Shown here: positions 1-11,066 of the stretch, piece by piece
How the letters are laid out: every line of letters begins with the position of its first letter
Position numbering within the stretch: the first letter of the stretch is position 1
Assembly: GCA_904063045.1 (NCBI GenBank)
Contig: CAJFCJ010000077.1
Span: 86,485-127,457 of the forward strand
Source of the DNA: Dimorphilus gyrociliatus
Lineage: Eukaryota > Animalia > Annelida
Length of the DNA: 40,973 bases
Reading direction: 5' to 3'
Notes under the pieces: model-generated
Told to the model about the DNA's origin: nothing
Databases searched by the model: none
Seen by the model: the letters and a program-made list of their open reading frames with translations, nothing else
Position numbers and translations under genes: made by a program

Positions 1-697
1 TTTGGACTATGAGAAGACCATTTCGAAAAGTATTAGAGATACATGGCCAGATGTTACATAGGTTGGTTGTTCTTTTCATTAGTTACAAGCCCTTTTTTTT
101 AAAATTCAAATTAGAAACAATACTAATAAGTGTAAAAATTTGATCCAAGTTTATTTTTCTACTTTTAGGATCTGGCTTACAGCTCAGAATTTAAATAGAG
201 AGAAGGAGAATGGCAATCAATGAAAATAATTATGGCTTTGTTCTACCTCTCTCATACTTTGATTGCAAATCAATTCTACAAAATATAAAGTGAGCTGGCT
301 GAAAGAAATAAACTTAGAGATTTATTGGAATATGTGGAGGATCATTGGATAAAGAATAGGTTTTGAACCCCAGAAACTTGGTCTGTTTTTAACCAATCAA
401 TCCAGATGAACAATGATCTGGGAGGATTCCATGATTGACTCAAAAAAAAACATGGGAATTAATTCATCATTTTACAAAATTATTGATGAACTAAAGAAAG
501 AGGCTGAGCTAATTTCTGTGTATGAAAAATTATTAAGTGAGAAGAAGATATTGAGAATGCAAAAAAAAGTTTACACAAAAATGTTTGTTGTATTATTATA
601 AAATAAAATATAAAAAAATAAAAAAATTTGAATTAACTTATTCTATTCAATTTATTAGTATTATATATTTCAAAATTATGAGGCCGTTTTCTGTCCC
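1..697 (+). mobile_element. Degraded Mutator/MULE DDE transposase, 3' part (intron-containing), ending in a terminal-inverted-repeat-like motif
   Basis: Hand translation gives DYEKTISKSIRDTWPDV..VGCSFH*LQA, then an intron, then MKIIMALFYL...LLEYVEDHWIKNRF*TPETWSVFNQSIQMNNDLGGFHD. These match the MULE DFE..GC.FH..QA and RTNN..EG.H motifs. Several stops are present. GGCCGTTTTCTGTCCC lies at 682-697. Confidence 0.85.
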
Positions 698-717
698 AAT
701 TGAGTCCATTTTATGTC

Positions 718-1790
718 TCAATTGAGGCCGTTTTCTGTGGATCCTGTGGACATTTTCTGTTGTGGAGATTTTTGGCTACCTCCACAGACAAGTTTCAAAA
801 CTGTAACTACTGCAGGAAGAGCTTCAAACAATGCTTTTAGGAGTTCGTTAGAGTTATCTTTTAGTTGCACGAAAGCTTTCTTATCTTGACCTTTTTGGCT
901 TCTCACTTTTTCTATTTCTTCTCTTAGTTTATCTATTTTGTTTTCAAGTTCCTTTGTTTCCATTTCCTTCTTTTTATATTCTTCTGTTAATTCACCTTTA
1001 TTAAATTCGAAACTTTCCAATGTCTACCAATCATAGAGATTTTAAAATTCAATATGAAAATTGTAATAATAATAATAAACCTTTAAAAAGAAATGTAAAA
1101 TCTTTAGACATAACAGAATGATCAGGTTCAGGGAAAAGAGAAAATTCCAATGTTTTAAAACTTTCAAAAAGTGTGTTTAAATCTTTACATTTCTGAAAAA
1201 GGAAACTCATTAATAAGTTTTTTTTCTTTCTTTTATATATCTTTACATCTTTCTCTTTGGCTTGAAATTGTTTATTAAATTTCCCAAGAGTCGAATCGCA
1301 TTGTTGATCTCGGCATGTAATAATCAATGTCTATAAAGAGAAAACAAAAATGTTAAAAGTTTCTTTTTTTTTTTTTTTTTTAAAAAAATCTATATTTACA
1401 GTATTTTTAGTTTGCATGAAATTTTCATTGTCTACTACACCGAGATAAATGTTAAACTAGATAAGATAAAGGTCAAGGATAAGAACAGGACTGTTTAAAT
1501 GTTGAAATTTGTTTTAAAAATGATAGAAAAAAAATTTTTTACCTTCATTGTATCAATATCTGTTGAGTCTAATCTATTGTTGACATTGAAAATGCAAATT
1601 GGAGAAATACTGAAAAGAAATGATACAATTAGATTATCAGTTTTTTTTACATCTGTTGCGTAAAGTCCTTGAGAATCCAAGAAGAAAATATTTAATGTTT
1701 CTCCATTAATTGTTCTGAAGTGTGATAATAACAGTATGTAATATTGAAAATATGGATTTTTATGGACATTATAGATAGTGCTTTTTATAG
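718..1790 (-). pseudogene. Atlastin/guanylate-binding-protein (GB1/RHD3)-like GTPase, 5'-truncated, with C-terminal coiled coil
   Basis: Spliced exons read TINGETLNIFFLDSQGLYATDVKKTDNLIVSFLFSISPICIFNVNNRLD (G3 DxxG plus LSS..IYN-like strand), TLIITCRDQQ (RD motif), ..FSLFPEPDH.., then the coiled-coil ORF 718-1020. No P-loop exon is found on this strand. A 60-nt exon near 1400-1460 has in-frame TAG TAG. Confidence 0.7.
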
Positions 1791-1864
1791 AAATTTACAC
1801 AGTTAAAACAGGCAAAGTAAATAGAAAAAAAAGGGTGAATCAATAAAATACATTGTGAACCTAA

Positions 1865-2958
1865 AAGGTAAATCATTCCTTATGAATCTTCTCTATCAGA
1901 ATGAAAATCAAGGTACATTTGTTGAAAATGTATTTCAAGTTGGTTTTGGTGATAAATCAGTTACAAAAGGTAAAAAGATTTTTACTTTGGAATTCTCTTT
2001 TTACTTTCGAATTTTCCTTTCGATTATTAATCATGTTTTATGATTAATACAGGAGTGTCTATGACGAAAGTGCCTATTGTTAGGTCTGTACTTTTTTTAT
2101 TCAATCAATTTTATTATTCTTTTATGTAAAAACTTTAAATACTTTCAGAACGATTGGTGGCCAGAAAACAAATATCTTCTTTTTAGATTCCCAAGGTCTC
2201 TTTAGCACTGATTTGATTAGGGGTGACAATTTAATAGTTTCATTTCTTTTTTCATTGTGCTCAATTGTAATTTACAATGCTGATAAAAGATTAGCAAACA
2301 AAGATGTTGAGACTATAAATGTTTGTAGATTTTTAATGGAGCATTCTTTAAATTATTGATTAATTTGTCTTCTATTACAGGTCAACAGCGTACTTGGTGT
2401 TGTTGATAATGAACAGCTTCAAAAAAGTAAAGAGACTGTAGGTATTTCTTTTAAAAACTCACTTAAATTTATGTCAATCAAATTTTTGATAGACATTGGT
2501 TGTTGTTCTTAGAAATAGATCAACGGAAAATACCTCAAGATATGGAAAATTTGATGCAGAATTAAAAAGTAATTTTATGGCGGTAAGTATATTAAAAATG
2601 GTAAATAAATGACATTCACTAAAGAAAACATTTTTTAAAAAGGACAATGAAAATATTAGTAAATTTTCAACGTAGAAAACAGCTCATTGAGGAAGAAAGA
2701 CAAAGAGAAGAAGAGAAAAGGAGATTGTTGAAAGAATACCAAAAAATAGAGCAGGAACAGAGGAAAAAACTATTAGCAAAACTGGGGGAGGAATTTAAAT
2801 TGATGTTAGAACATGAAAGAATTAGAGAAGAGAGACAAAAGCAAAAATTTGAAGAATTGCAGGAAAATGAAAAATTGTCAGTGACAGACTATATTGAAGG
2901 TGGAGTAAATCTCATTGGCATTGGTTGCCAACTTTTGTCAATTTTTCTAAATGATTGA
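1865..2958 (+). pseudogene. Atlastin/GBP-like GTPase paralog (G1-G4 motifs plus coiled coil); N-terminus unclear, middle region missing
   Basis: GT-AG exons read GKSFLMNLL..FQVGFGDKSVTKG | VSMTKVPIVR | TIGGQKTNIFFLDSQGLFSTDLIRGDNLIVSFLFSLCSIVIYN.. | VNSVLGVVDN.. | TLVVVLRNR.. and are followed by the E/K/R-rich ORF 2647-2958. Confidence 0.7.
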
Positions 2959-3024
2959 ATTGAACAGTAAGAGGATGAATGTTCATAAGGAAAATTTGCC
3001 CTAAAGTATAATATCTTAACAATG

Positions 3025-3170
3025 ATGTACAACTTTGGATATATTTTACATGCTTGAACTCTATTATTTGATGCAACTTATACATGTACATCTTAAAACC
3101 TATGCAAGAAAATGCTATAACATTGGCCAAACATAAGTCTGATTAGTCAGCTTGAAGGCTCATCTTTAAT
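3025..3170 (+). repeat. Dispersed repeat module X (other copies at about 10750-10905 + and about 17355-17460 -)
   Basis: The shared core TACAACTTTGG.TATATTT.ATGCTTGAACT.TAT...TGCAACTTATA...CTTAAAACCT.TGCAAGAAAA is visible in three places. Confidence 0.75.
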
Positions 3171-3308
3171 TACCAATAAAGGTTTGGCCAAGTTTTAATT
3201 TAATTAACTTGCCTAGGGTGTGGCCAAGTTATAATTCAATTAACCTTCCTAAATGTTCAACCTTGTAACATCCTCTTACTAAACATAAATATGAACTACA
3301 CATTTCGG

Positions 3309-3661
3309 CAACTGTAAAGTGATGATTGGATGTCAGAGGCAAACCTCAAAGTATATAAATCCTCACTATTCTCATTCTGCATGCAGCTTCCATCTGGACC
3401 CAAGGACCTGGGAAGATCACCTGGAAACAACCTCCACTGGAACCATCCATCTACTCCTCAACATTGGAAGACAGTTTGGTAATTTGGCAACCTGCTATTA
3501 CGAACTATCTACTCTGCTGTTAAACTCTCATATTGTTACTTGCTTAAGTATTATTATTGCAAATAAACCGCTTTAATTTAAACATTTGTTTAAAGGTTCA
3601 AGTAGAACCAGTATTGTTAAAATTTGCAAATGCATAGATTTTGCCAGCAAGAGCAGTACAA
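3309..3661 (+). repeat. Repeat module Y copy 1 (about 350 bp), probably a decayed C-terminal part of a non-LTR (L2/CR1-like) reverse transcriptase
   Basis: Near-identical copies at 9417-9771 and 25957-26286(-), with partials at 10912-10980 and 18057-18202. One frame reads DDWMSEANLKVYKSS..KDLG....NNLHWNH...LLLRTIYSAVKLSYC, resembling the LINE RT motifs WM..N.LK.N..KT / KDLGV..D..L.W..H / LY..LV...L.YC. The repeat call is firm; the LINE assignment is tentative. Confidence 0.75.
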
Positions 3662-4057
3662 TGATATAGAGAACAATTAGAACAAAAGGCCTAAAAAAGA
3701 ATGAATTTTTTGTTCTCGCTTTAGCATTGATATTTAACAGAAATATGCAAATCCAATAATCTTACAACAATGTTAAGTTTTGCTATACTAGCCTATTTCT
3801 ACTTTCGAATTCACGTATTTTATTACATCACGTGACCCTTGATTTCACTTGAAAATATTATCCTTTCAAAGATGAATAACAAAAATTCTTTGCTTTTGTA
3901 ATAATTGCGAAATATTCAATATAGAATATGAATTAAAATTGTTACAGTTTCAAATTCAACATTTAAAAACTATTATTAACTATATTCATTTTGTTTTGTA
4001 ACAAAAAATTACATTAATGGTCAACTTTTGTTTTTGAAAAGAATAATAATTTATGAT

Positions 4058-4264
4058 GGATGTGGTAGAAAACGGCCTTAAATCTATGGCTTTACCCTAA
4101 CCCTAACCCAGACCTTGTTTTTGCCTAACCTTTTTGAATACCCCTAACCCTTAGATAGGATCCTCCTAAGAACATATCAACAGTTATCTTATTCCTCCTA
4201 ACCATTTCCCAGGCTGAAATCTAACTTTCAAATATTTCATTTATGGCCGTTTTCGACCGGTCCC
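4058..4264. mobile_element. Mutator-type MITE with CCCTAA arm
   Basis: The 20-bp imperfect TIRs GGATGTGGTAGAAAACGGCC / GGCCGTTTTCGACCGGTCCC match at 15/20. The flanks ATTTATGAT and TTTTATGAT match 8/9 (candidate 9-bp TSD). CCCTAACCCTAACCC lies inside. Confidence 0.8.
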
Positions 4265-5425
4265 TTTTATGATAGTCTGATTATGAAGTGTCGATGGTAA
4301 AAAAACAGGGAAGAACATAAGCAAAATAAACTGTTTTTCTTATAAAACATTTTATAATCAAGGCAGCAGTTCAAAATCTGGATCAATTCTGATTGGGAAT
4401 AATTTAGTAAGAGGAGTTAAAAGTGATAGAGATGAAGTTGATTGTTGGTTAATGAATGTTAATGATATTCAAAAACCATTCAAGATATTCAATTATCTAC
4501 AAAAATCCATAAATTAACTTTTATTGTCTACATTTTCCTAATATATTTTACAGTTCTAATAAAATTATTTTAATTCATTCAAATTTGTTCTCTAAATGAT
4601 AAATGTATATCTTATATTAGATATTTCTACACTAATGCCACCTACAATGCTTTTCCACTGTGAAATAAATAGTTAAAATTTATTCAATTTTGTATTATTC
4701 TATGTTCAAAGAATTTTTAAATAGAAATAATGAGCCTATACTCTTTTATGATAAGAGTATCATTGTTGTTCATTTAAAGAACATTACTTTTACTCAATTT
4801 CTAAAAACTGGTATTGACATTTTTAGCCTATGCGGAAAAGAAAAAAAATTTAATTTCTTAATAGCATTCAGATTTCTTTTTTTTATATTAAATGGCTGTA
4901 AAAAATTTACAAAGAGTTACTTAATAAAGAATTATCATTGAGGTCATTTTCCGTATTGATTTCTGGGTCAAGTTCTTTTTTTCTAAGTCATTTTTTTATA
5001 TTTTAATCTTAATCATAATTTGATGGACTTTTTAATTAAAAGAAATTTTACTATGACATTTTCTGTGGGCTCCATTCTAGAGAAATTTCAATGGGAAGGG
5101 TATTTTAAATGTAAATCTGAAAATTACCAATTCTAATCGTTTTAATTAATATGATTGTTGCAGTCATTCCAGATTTTATATTTCCAGTATTTAAAAACAA
5201 CTTGAATTCAAAAGAATTTTAATTAAAATTTTTTTTTCATTTATTAGAATTATTTGCTTTTTTTTTTGCATATTAAGAGTGAAAAAATTAGTGGATGGCC
5301 CTACTCTTTCATAATCTATGGAATAGTTCTTCTTGGGTGCTTCATTATCTATAGAATTATTTATTGTTCTATCTTAAAGAGTATCTTGATTCAAATAACC
5401 AGCATATATAATCTACTAATCCATA

Positions 5426-7302
5426 TTATCTAAATATTCCTGTAACATATACAATTTCAATACTTAGGGATAAAAATTGATTGAAAAGTGTTTTAAACTT
5501 ACAGGGGAACAAGTTTTGTATTATTTTTACAATGAAAACTTAATTGTAAATGAAATCCTGCATATTCACTTGATTCATCACTTCTAAATTCTAGTTTAGC
5601 TGAATTTTCAACATTGATGAAATAATTTTGATTTGTTTGAAATTCACTTTCCCCTTTTCCTCTTAAATGTAATTTATTTTCTTTTCCGCAAATTGTAAAT
5701 TTCATTTCTTCATTTTGTATTTTTATATAATCGTATTGGCAGTTATCTGATACTTCAGTTTGTATATATTTAAATGCAAAAATCATTATCTGAAATTTGA
5801 AATTTGAATTACAAGTTGTATTAAATTTTGCCTCTCTATTTTATCCTCACTCCAGCTTGTCCCCTTGGTGTTTGTAGACTAATACCACACTGTGTACCTG
5901 GTCTATAAGGATTTCTTGTTAAAATTTCATATGATCTACCACTACAATCCAGATTGATAGTCTCACCAGAATGTAACTCGCATAGCATTGGACTATCCCA
6001 TTCTGAATCTTGGCCTTTGGATATTATATTGAAAACTTCAGATGTTCTCAGATTGACACCAGCTGCAAAATAAGATGGCAGCATGTAATTATTCTTTGTT
6101 TGTCTTGTATGTTTTGGCTGTTTTTCAGTTTTAAACCGAATGTTTATAACAAATCCTGGAGCTGTGAGTTTTTTATCACTTTTAAACTGGAAAATTATTG
6201 AACCAGTTGGTCTTATTGTATAAGTTTTATCAACATATGGTTGCGTTCCATTCAGGAGAAATAAACTATCATCTTCATTTGGATTCAAAGTTTTATTCAA
6301 GTCTAATTCAATCAAATTTAAAACATATAGAAATAAAAACAAAGTAAAAAAGGTAAGAAACAAAAAAACATACTGTTTACCAAACCATCTCCGCATAGCG
6401 CAATTGATTGTTTATCGTCAGAAATAATTAAATGATCATAATTGCAATCACTAGAATATTCTATGTTGAAATATTCAAATTTTAATTCTACATACTGAAA
6501 AAGAAGAAAAAATGATATTGTATAATCTTACTATAACAGTTCTGATTATATTCAAATGTTTAAGCAAAATCTATAATTGAAATGGAGTTATTGGAAGAGT
6601 TTAATATCAGGATAAATAATATAGATTAGTAATTATTACCAAATTAGAATGTAACAGGATATTTCACTCATTTATGTATCAAAGTCTTATTTATCCTACT
6701 ACAGTACTATTGAATTATCCTCAAATAACAAAAAAGCAAGAAATAAAAAATTAAACCCCATTTTGTGATTTGTCAACATTCAAAACAATTCTACATGAAA
6801 AATTTTCTGGATAATTTTTTGGATTATTTCTAGAATAGATTCTATAATCTTGATTATCATTCATTAAATATTGATTTAAAGTCTTCTGCTTTAAACATTC
6901 AAAATTTTCTGAAATAAATTAAAAAAATATATATATAATAATAAAAATAATTAACTTAAATAACCAATAAAGTTATTACTTGTATCCTTGTTACCATATT
7001 TTATTCTTGTTGAATTGTGTCTATATTCCATCAAATCTGCAAAAGGAAAAAGTATGGAAATAATGAAAATAAATTGAAAACTAACAAGTGAAATCATCTA
7101 ATAAATTGGTTAAATTATTTTTCAAAATTTTAATATCTTCTTTAATCTTCCTTTCAAATGAATATTGAGTATCATATGCCACAGTTTTTTGACATAATAG
7201 CATCTAACAGAAAAAATACAAAATTTGAATGAAAAGTTAATATTTTTAAAAAAAGAAAATCACCAAAATTGAAAAGTACACTAATGAAATTATTTCATTC
7301 AT
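5426..7302 (-). CDS. Secreted two-CUB-domain protein (paralog A), multi-exon
   Basis: Spliced model: MNEIISLVYFSIL|MLLCQKTVA (signal peptide)...YSRNNPKNYPENFSCRIVLNVDKSQNG|YVELKFEYFNIEYSSDCNYDHLII..CG..|..IIFQFKSDKKLTAPGF..NPYRPGTQC..|IMIFAFKYIQTEVSDNCQYDYIKI..CG..LEFRSDESSEYAGFHL. Intron phases are consistent. The last exon and stop (5426) are less certain. Confidence 0.85.
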
Positions 7303-7499
7303 TTCAATCCTCTTTAAATTTACTAAATGACAAAAAGAAAGTCAAACAATAAATGCTTTTTATCTTATCAAAAATTGAAACAATAGATGATAAATGTAAT
7401 CTATAAAAAATGACTTTTTTTGTTTTTTTATCAATTGTCTACCATTGTAGTTGATCTCATAAGAAATAGACAAATGAAAGATTAAACTTGACATTGAGA

Positions 7500-8090
7500 C
7501 TGTGAGAAGGAGAGACACACACTGCAGTACAATGGAATACTTTACAACTTTACAGTAAAGGACTGAAATTATCTGTGAACAATCAGATTCAGAAATAGAA
7601 ATGAAAACCCAATATATAGATAGAGTTTGAGGATGGAATAACTATCAGAGTTCAATCAATACATGAAATTTCCAACCATTCAGCTATAGCCAACACAGGA
7701 AGAGCTAACAGGAAACAGATGTTGTGACTTCCACTACTGATGACTGTAATGATGATCTACGGTTGCATCCGCTCAATAACAGTTCCAAAATTGATATTAT
7801 TGCTGTTGCAATGATTATGAACATCAAAAAGTACACCTTTCTCTGCTTTAGAATTGTTAATCCAAAATGTTAAATTACGTACTTTCTTTCTAATGTCAAA
7901 AATAAAGTACTCATTGAAGAGAGCAAGAATCCAAATGTCAGGAAGTTTCCCAATAACATACACAGCGAACTATACCTCCAAGTTTCCTTGTGATAGAGGA
8001 AGCTGTTTCGGTAATATAAGTCAGCTATGGCAATTGTTGAAAGGTAAAAGGATGTAAACAAATCACCAACACTGAGTCAACTTTTTCCCC
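7500..8090 (-). pseudogene. LGR/GRL101-type GPCR remnant (TM2-TM5)
   Basis: LSVGDLFTSFYLSTIAIADLYYRNSFLYHKETWRYSSLCMLLGNFLTFG..LFLTLERKYVI* is a typical LGR TM2-ECL1-TM3. Stops and frameshifts follow. It is truncated upstream next to a repeat array. Confidence 0.75.
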
Positions 8091-8107
8091 ACTATTATAT
8101 AAAATAC

Positions 8108-8361
8108 TGGACATTTACTTTCAGTTTATGGACATTTTCTTTCACTTTATGGATGTTTTCTTTCACTTCATAAGGAAATTTAATTCTTAAAAAATTAAGC
8201 TAATAGGAAAAGTTATGTGATTTTTTTTCTGAATATTTCATTTATTAAGTATATATCTAACATATAGTTTTATCAAAGGTTTACTTTTTCAACTTATATT
8301 TATATTTAAATGAAATTTATTTTAACGGATGTTTTCTTTCATGGACATTTTCTGTCGACTC
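8108..8361. repeat. Tandem and clustered copies of the MULE terminal core motif GGA(C/T)(A/G)TTTTCT
   Basis: Three roughly 22-bp units lie at 8108-8170 and two more at about 8327-8361 (ending GGACATTTTCTGTCGACTC). Confidence 0.7.
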
Positions 8362-8590
8362 TATTAAATGATCAATTAATTCTTTCTAATAAAATACAAG
8401 TTTTCAAGGAATCTCTAAACCATTCACCTTGTTTTTCAGCCAGAAAACAACTTTCAAGATTTATTTGTTTTATAGAATTGTATGATAAAGATATTCCATT
8501 ACAAATATTCTTAAAACCATCTTCCATTATTCTATTTTCTGATAAATCCAAATTTTGTATCTTTGAACAAGATTCAAAAAAAATTCCATA
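8362..8590 (-). pseudogene. Ribonuclease-inhibitor-type (NLR-like) leucine-rich-repeat fragment
   Basis: FESCSKIQNLDLSENRIMEDGFKNICNGISLSYNSIKQINLESCFLAEKQGEWFRDSLKTCILLERIN* has 28-29 aa RI-like periodicity. It is an isolated fragment abutting a TIR-like motif. Confidence 0.7.
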
Positions 8591-8857
8591 ATCTTTTTTA
8601 ATACAACAATTTTTATGTATTGAGTAAATGAGATTCTAGTTCTAAACAAGTAAGTTTAAACAACCAGTTAATGGTTAAAGAACTGAACTGACAAGCTGGG
8701 GAAATGCATTTCCTTTTATACATTTTCCAAAGCTTGGGTTCAAGTGGTCAAAGGATTACAAAGTTGAAATCTGACAGTCTCATAATTCTCATGTAACAAA
8801 AATATGAAAGACTTGTTATATGACACATATAAAATATAATGAAAATGGCTTTTGAAT

Positions 8858-9072
8858 TATAATATTTGCAACTAATAAGCAAATTGAACTTCTTTCCTCA
8901 ACTAAAACATGGTTTCTTGATGGTACTTTTAAACATGCTCGTAATCCTTTTATACAAATATTCTCTATTCATGGATTTCTGAAAAAAAATGATGCATCGA
9001 AACAAGTACCACTATTAACTGTGTTCATGTCTTCAAAAAAGAAAAAAGCATATGAACTATTGTTTCAATTAT
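8858..9072 (+). mobile_element. MULE transposase fragment (first catalytic Asp region)
   Basis: IIFATNKQIELLSSTKTWFLDGTFKHARNPFIQIFSIHGFLKK..QVPLLTVFMSSKKKKAYELLF. Confidence 0.85.
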
Positions 9073-9416
9073 GATCAAAATTTTTCTGTTTGTCTTTCTA
9101 AAATAATTCTTTAATTAAATTACTCTTTGTAAATTTTTTAGACAGTTTGTGAATTAACACATAATCATCACCCAAAAAGATAAGTGTTATCACTTCAAAT
9201 GTAATTATGCAACTTTTGTAGTTTTGATGTAAGTTAAGCACAGTGGATGTTTTCAACAGGCACAGTGGGCGTTTTCAACAATATCCAAAAAGATAGTGTT
9301 CACCATAATTAACCCTTTCCTATGAAAAACAAAGCTGAAATTTGTGATAAATCTGTAACTGCAACTTGCAAAACTAGGAAGCATGCTCAGAAAAAAGTCT
9401 AAATTCTAAGTTGATA

Positions 9417-9771
9417 CAACTGTAAAGTGATGATTGGATATCAGAGGCAAACCTCAAAGTATATAAATCCTCACTTTTCTCATGCTAAACATCTCGCCCA
9501 TCTGGACCCAAGGGCCTGGAAGAAGATAACCTGGAAACAACCTCCACTGGAACCATCCATCTACTCCTCAACATTGGAAGACAGTTTGGTAATTTGGCAA
9601 CCTGCTATTACGAACTATCTACTCTGCTATTGAACTCTCATATTGTTACTTGCTTAAGTATTATCATTGCGAATAAACCATTTTAATTTAAACATTTGTT
9701 TAAAGGTTCGAGTAGAAGCAGTATTGTTATAACTTGCAAACGCATAGATTTTGCCAGCAAGAGCAGTACAA
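9417..9771 (+). repeat. Repeat module Y copy 2
   Basis: Has the same boundaries as copy 1 (CAACTGTAAAGTGATG ... CCAGCAAGAGCAGTACAA). Confidence 0.85.
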
Positions 9772-10059
9772 AATTATAAATGGTTTCAAAATATCATTAA
9801 TATTTATCAACTAACATTCAGCTTTGTTTCTTACTACATTCTTTGCCTTAATTAAATTTTTATCAATTCGGATTGAAATAATCTTTAGTTCATTTTCTTC
9901 ATTTGATTGAACTTGAGAATAAAAACTGTCTGTTAATGAAGTTATATTACCAGAATCTGATTTTATAAAAATTCTATGAATGTAGTAATCATCTTTAAGT
10001 TGTCAATAAATTTGAATTCCTTTAAAGCCTGCTATATGTAAATAGTATCCAGGTGAGCC

Positions 10060-10330
10060 CTAACATCATAGCACATAGATTTAGTCATTAAACTTTGTTT
10101 ATCAAAGACAATTTGTTTAAAATGAGGATCTCTAAAAACATAAAGCCATGGATTGCTATTAGGAGTAAGATAGATTGGAAAAAATTACTATTTAAAGAAA
10201 AGACAATTTGAGATTGTTCTGTACTCTCTTCATATTTAAATATAAACAAACTGGCATTATGATCCAGATAATTTTTCTGTTATTAACAAACTAAACACAA
10301 CATAAAAAATCACAAAACAACTTGTAGATA
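10060..10330 (-). pseudogene. Class-A GPCR TM6-TM7 remnant
   Basis: FFPIYLTPNSNPWLYVFRDPHFKQIV (NPxxY plus helix 8) is preceded, across frameshifts, by VFSLLITE-IIWIIMPV. Confidence 0.55.
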
Positions 10331-10399
10331 AGGTTAGTCAAAATAAGTATTTGTTGTTTTTGCCATTAGACCTTTTGACACTTTAGATCTGTCCTTCTC

Positions 10400-10620
10400 T
10401 CTTGTGATATTGGCTAATCTTCTCCAATTTTCAATGTTAGGCAAACTATTCTCGTCAGCTAAACACTTCAGTAATATATCTTCAGTTATTTTTCTGCCTG
10501 ATGACCTGATATCATCATTACAAATATTTCTCAATTCTCTCCTAGAATGGTTCACAAAGATTGCAAATGTGCTGAGTTGGATCTTTAATAAATCCCAGAA
10601 TAAAGAATAAATATGTATGA
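10400..10620 (-). pseudogene. Possible death-domain-like fragment
   Basis: WDLLKIQL...HSRRELRNICNDD....ITEDILLKCL...P....WRRLA loosely follows the death-fold pattern. Pattern impression only. Confidence 0.25.
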
Positions 10621-10749
10621 AGAGATCTTCTACATAAAACACATTATATTTTCTTTTGTCTCCCATAAAATGGAATATTACAATTTGGACAAAGTAAAGC
10701 TGTTTTTGAATTGATTTCACCGAAAACACTCTATATTTGAAATAAATAT

Positions 10750-10980
10750 ATTGTACAACTTTGGTTATATTTTATGCTTGAACTATATTTCTATTTGCAA
10801 CTTATATGTAGCTTTTAAATGAAACCTTACACAAAAAAATGCTAGAACAATTGGCCAAACCCAGGTTGTGATTAGTCAATCTGGAGGTTCACCTTAATGG
10901 CTACTTAAGAACCACTGGAACCAGCCTTCTACTCGTCAACATTGGAAGACAGTTTGGTAATTTGGTGACCTGCCATTATA
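10750..10980 (+). repeat. Module X joined to an internally deleted module Y
   Basis: The X core (10750-10905) is followed by CCACTGGAACCA...AACATTGGAAGACAGTTTGGTAATTTGG. Confidence 0.75.
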
Positions 10981-11066
10981 AGTTTTAGTTTGCTAACTAT
11001 TATAATTAAGTGAAAGCAGATTGGACTAAATAACAGCAACCCAGAGAATAAATAATATTTAAACCT

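Noticed and set aside
3309-3661. Module Y as a CRISPR-like array, a retropepsin or a continuation of nad1
   Set aside because: Copies are dispersed, not regularly spaced. The protease-like reading on the minus strand needs many stops and lacks a D(T/S)G. The TCL..N.PF resemblance to ND1 is coincidental because Y occurs without the NUMT elsewhere.
4690-4941. ORF 4690-4941 and similar short F/I/L/K-rich ORFs (17136, 31684, 34260, 35055, 36691, 37201)
   Set aside because: Composition expected by chance in very AT-rich DNA. They overlap introns, MITEs or other features and have no recognisable motif.
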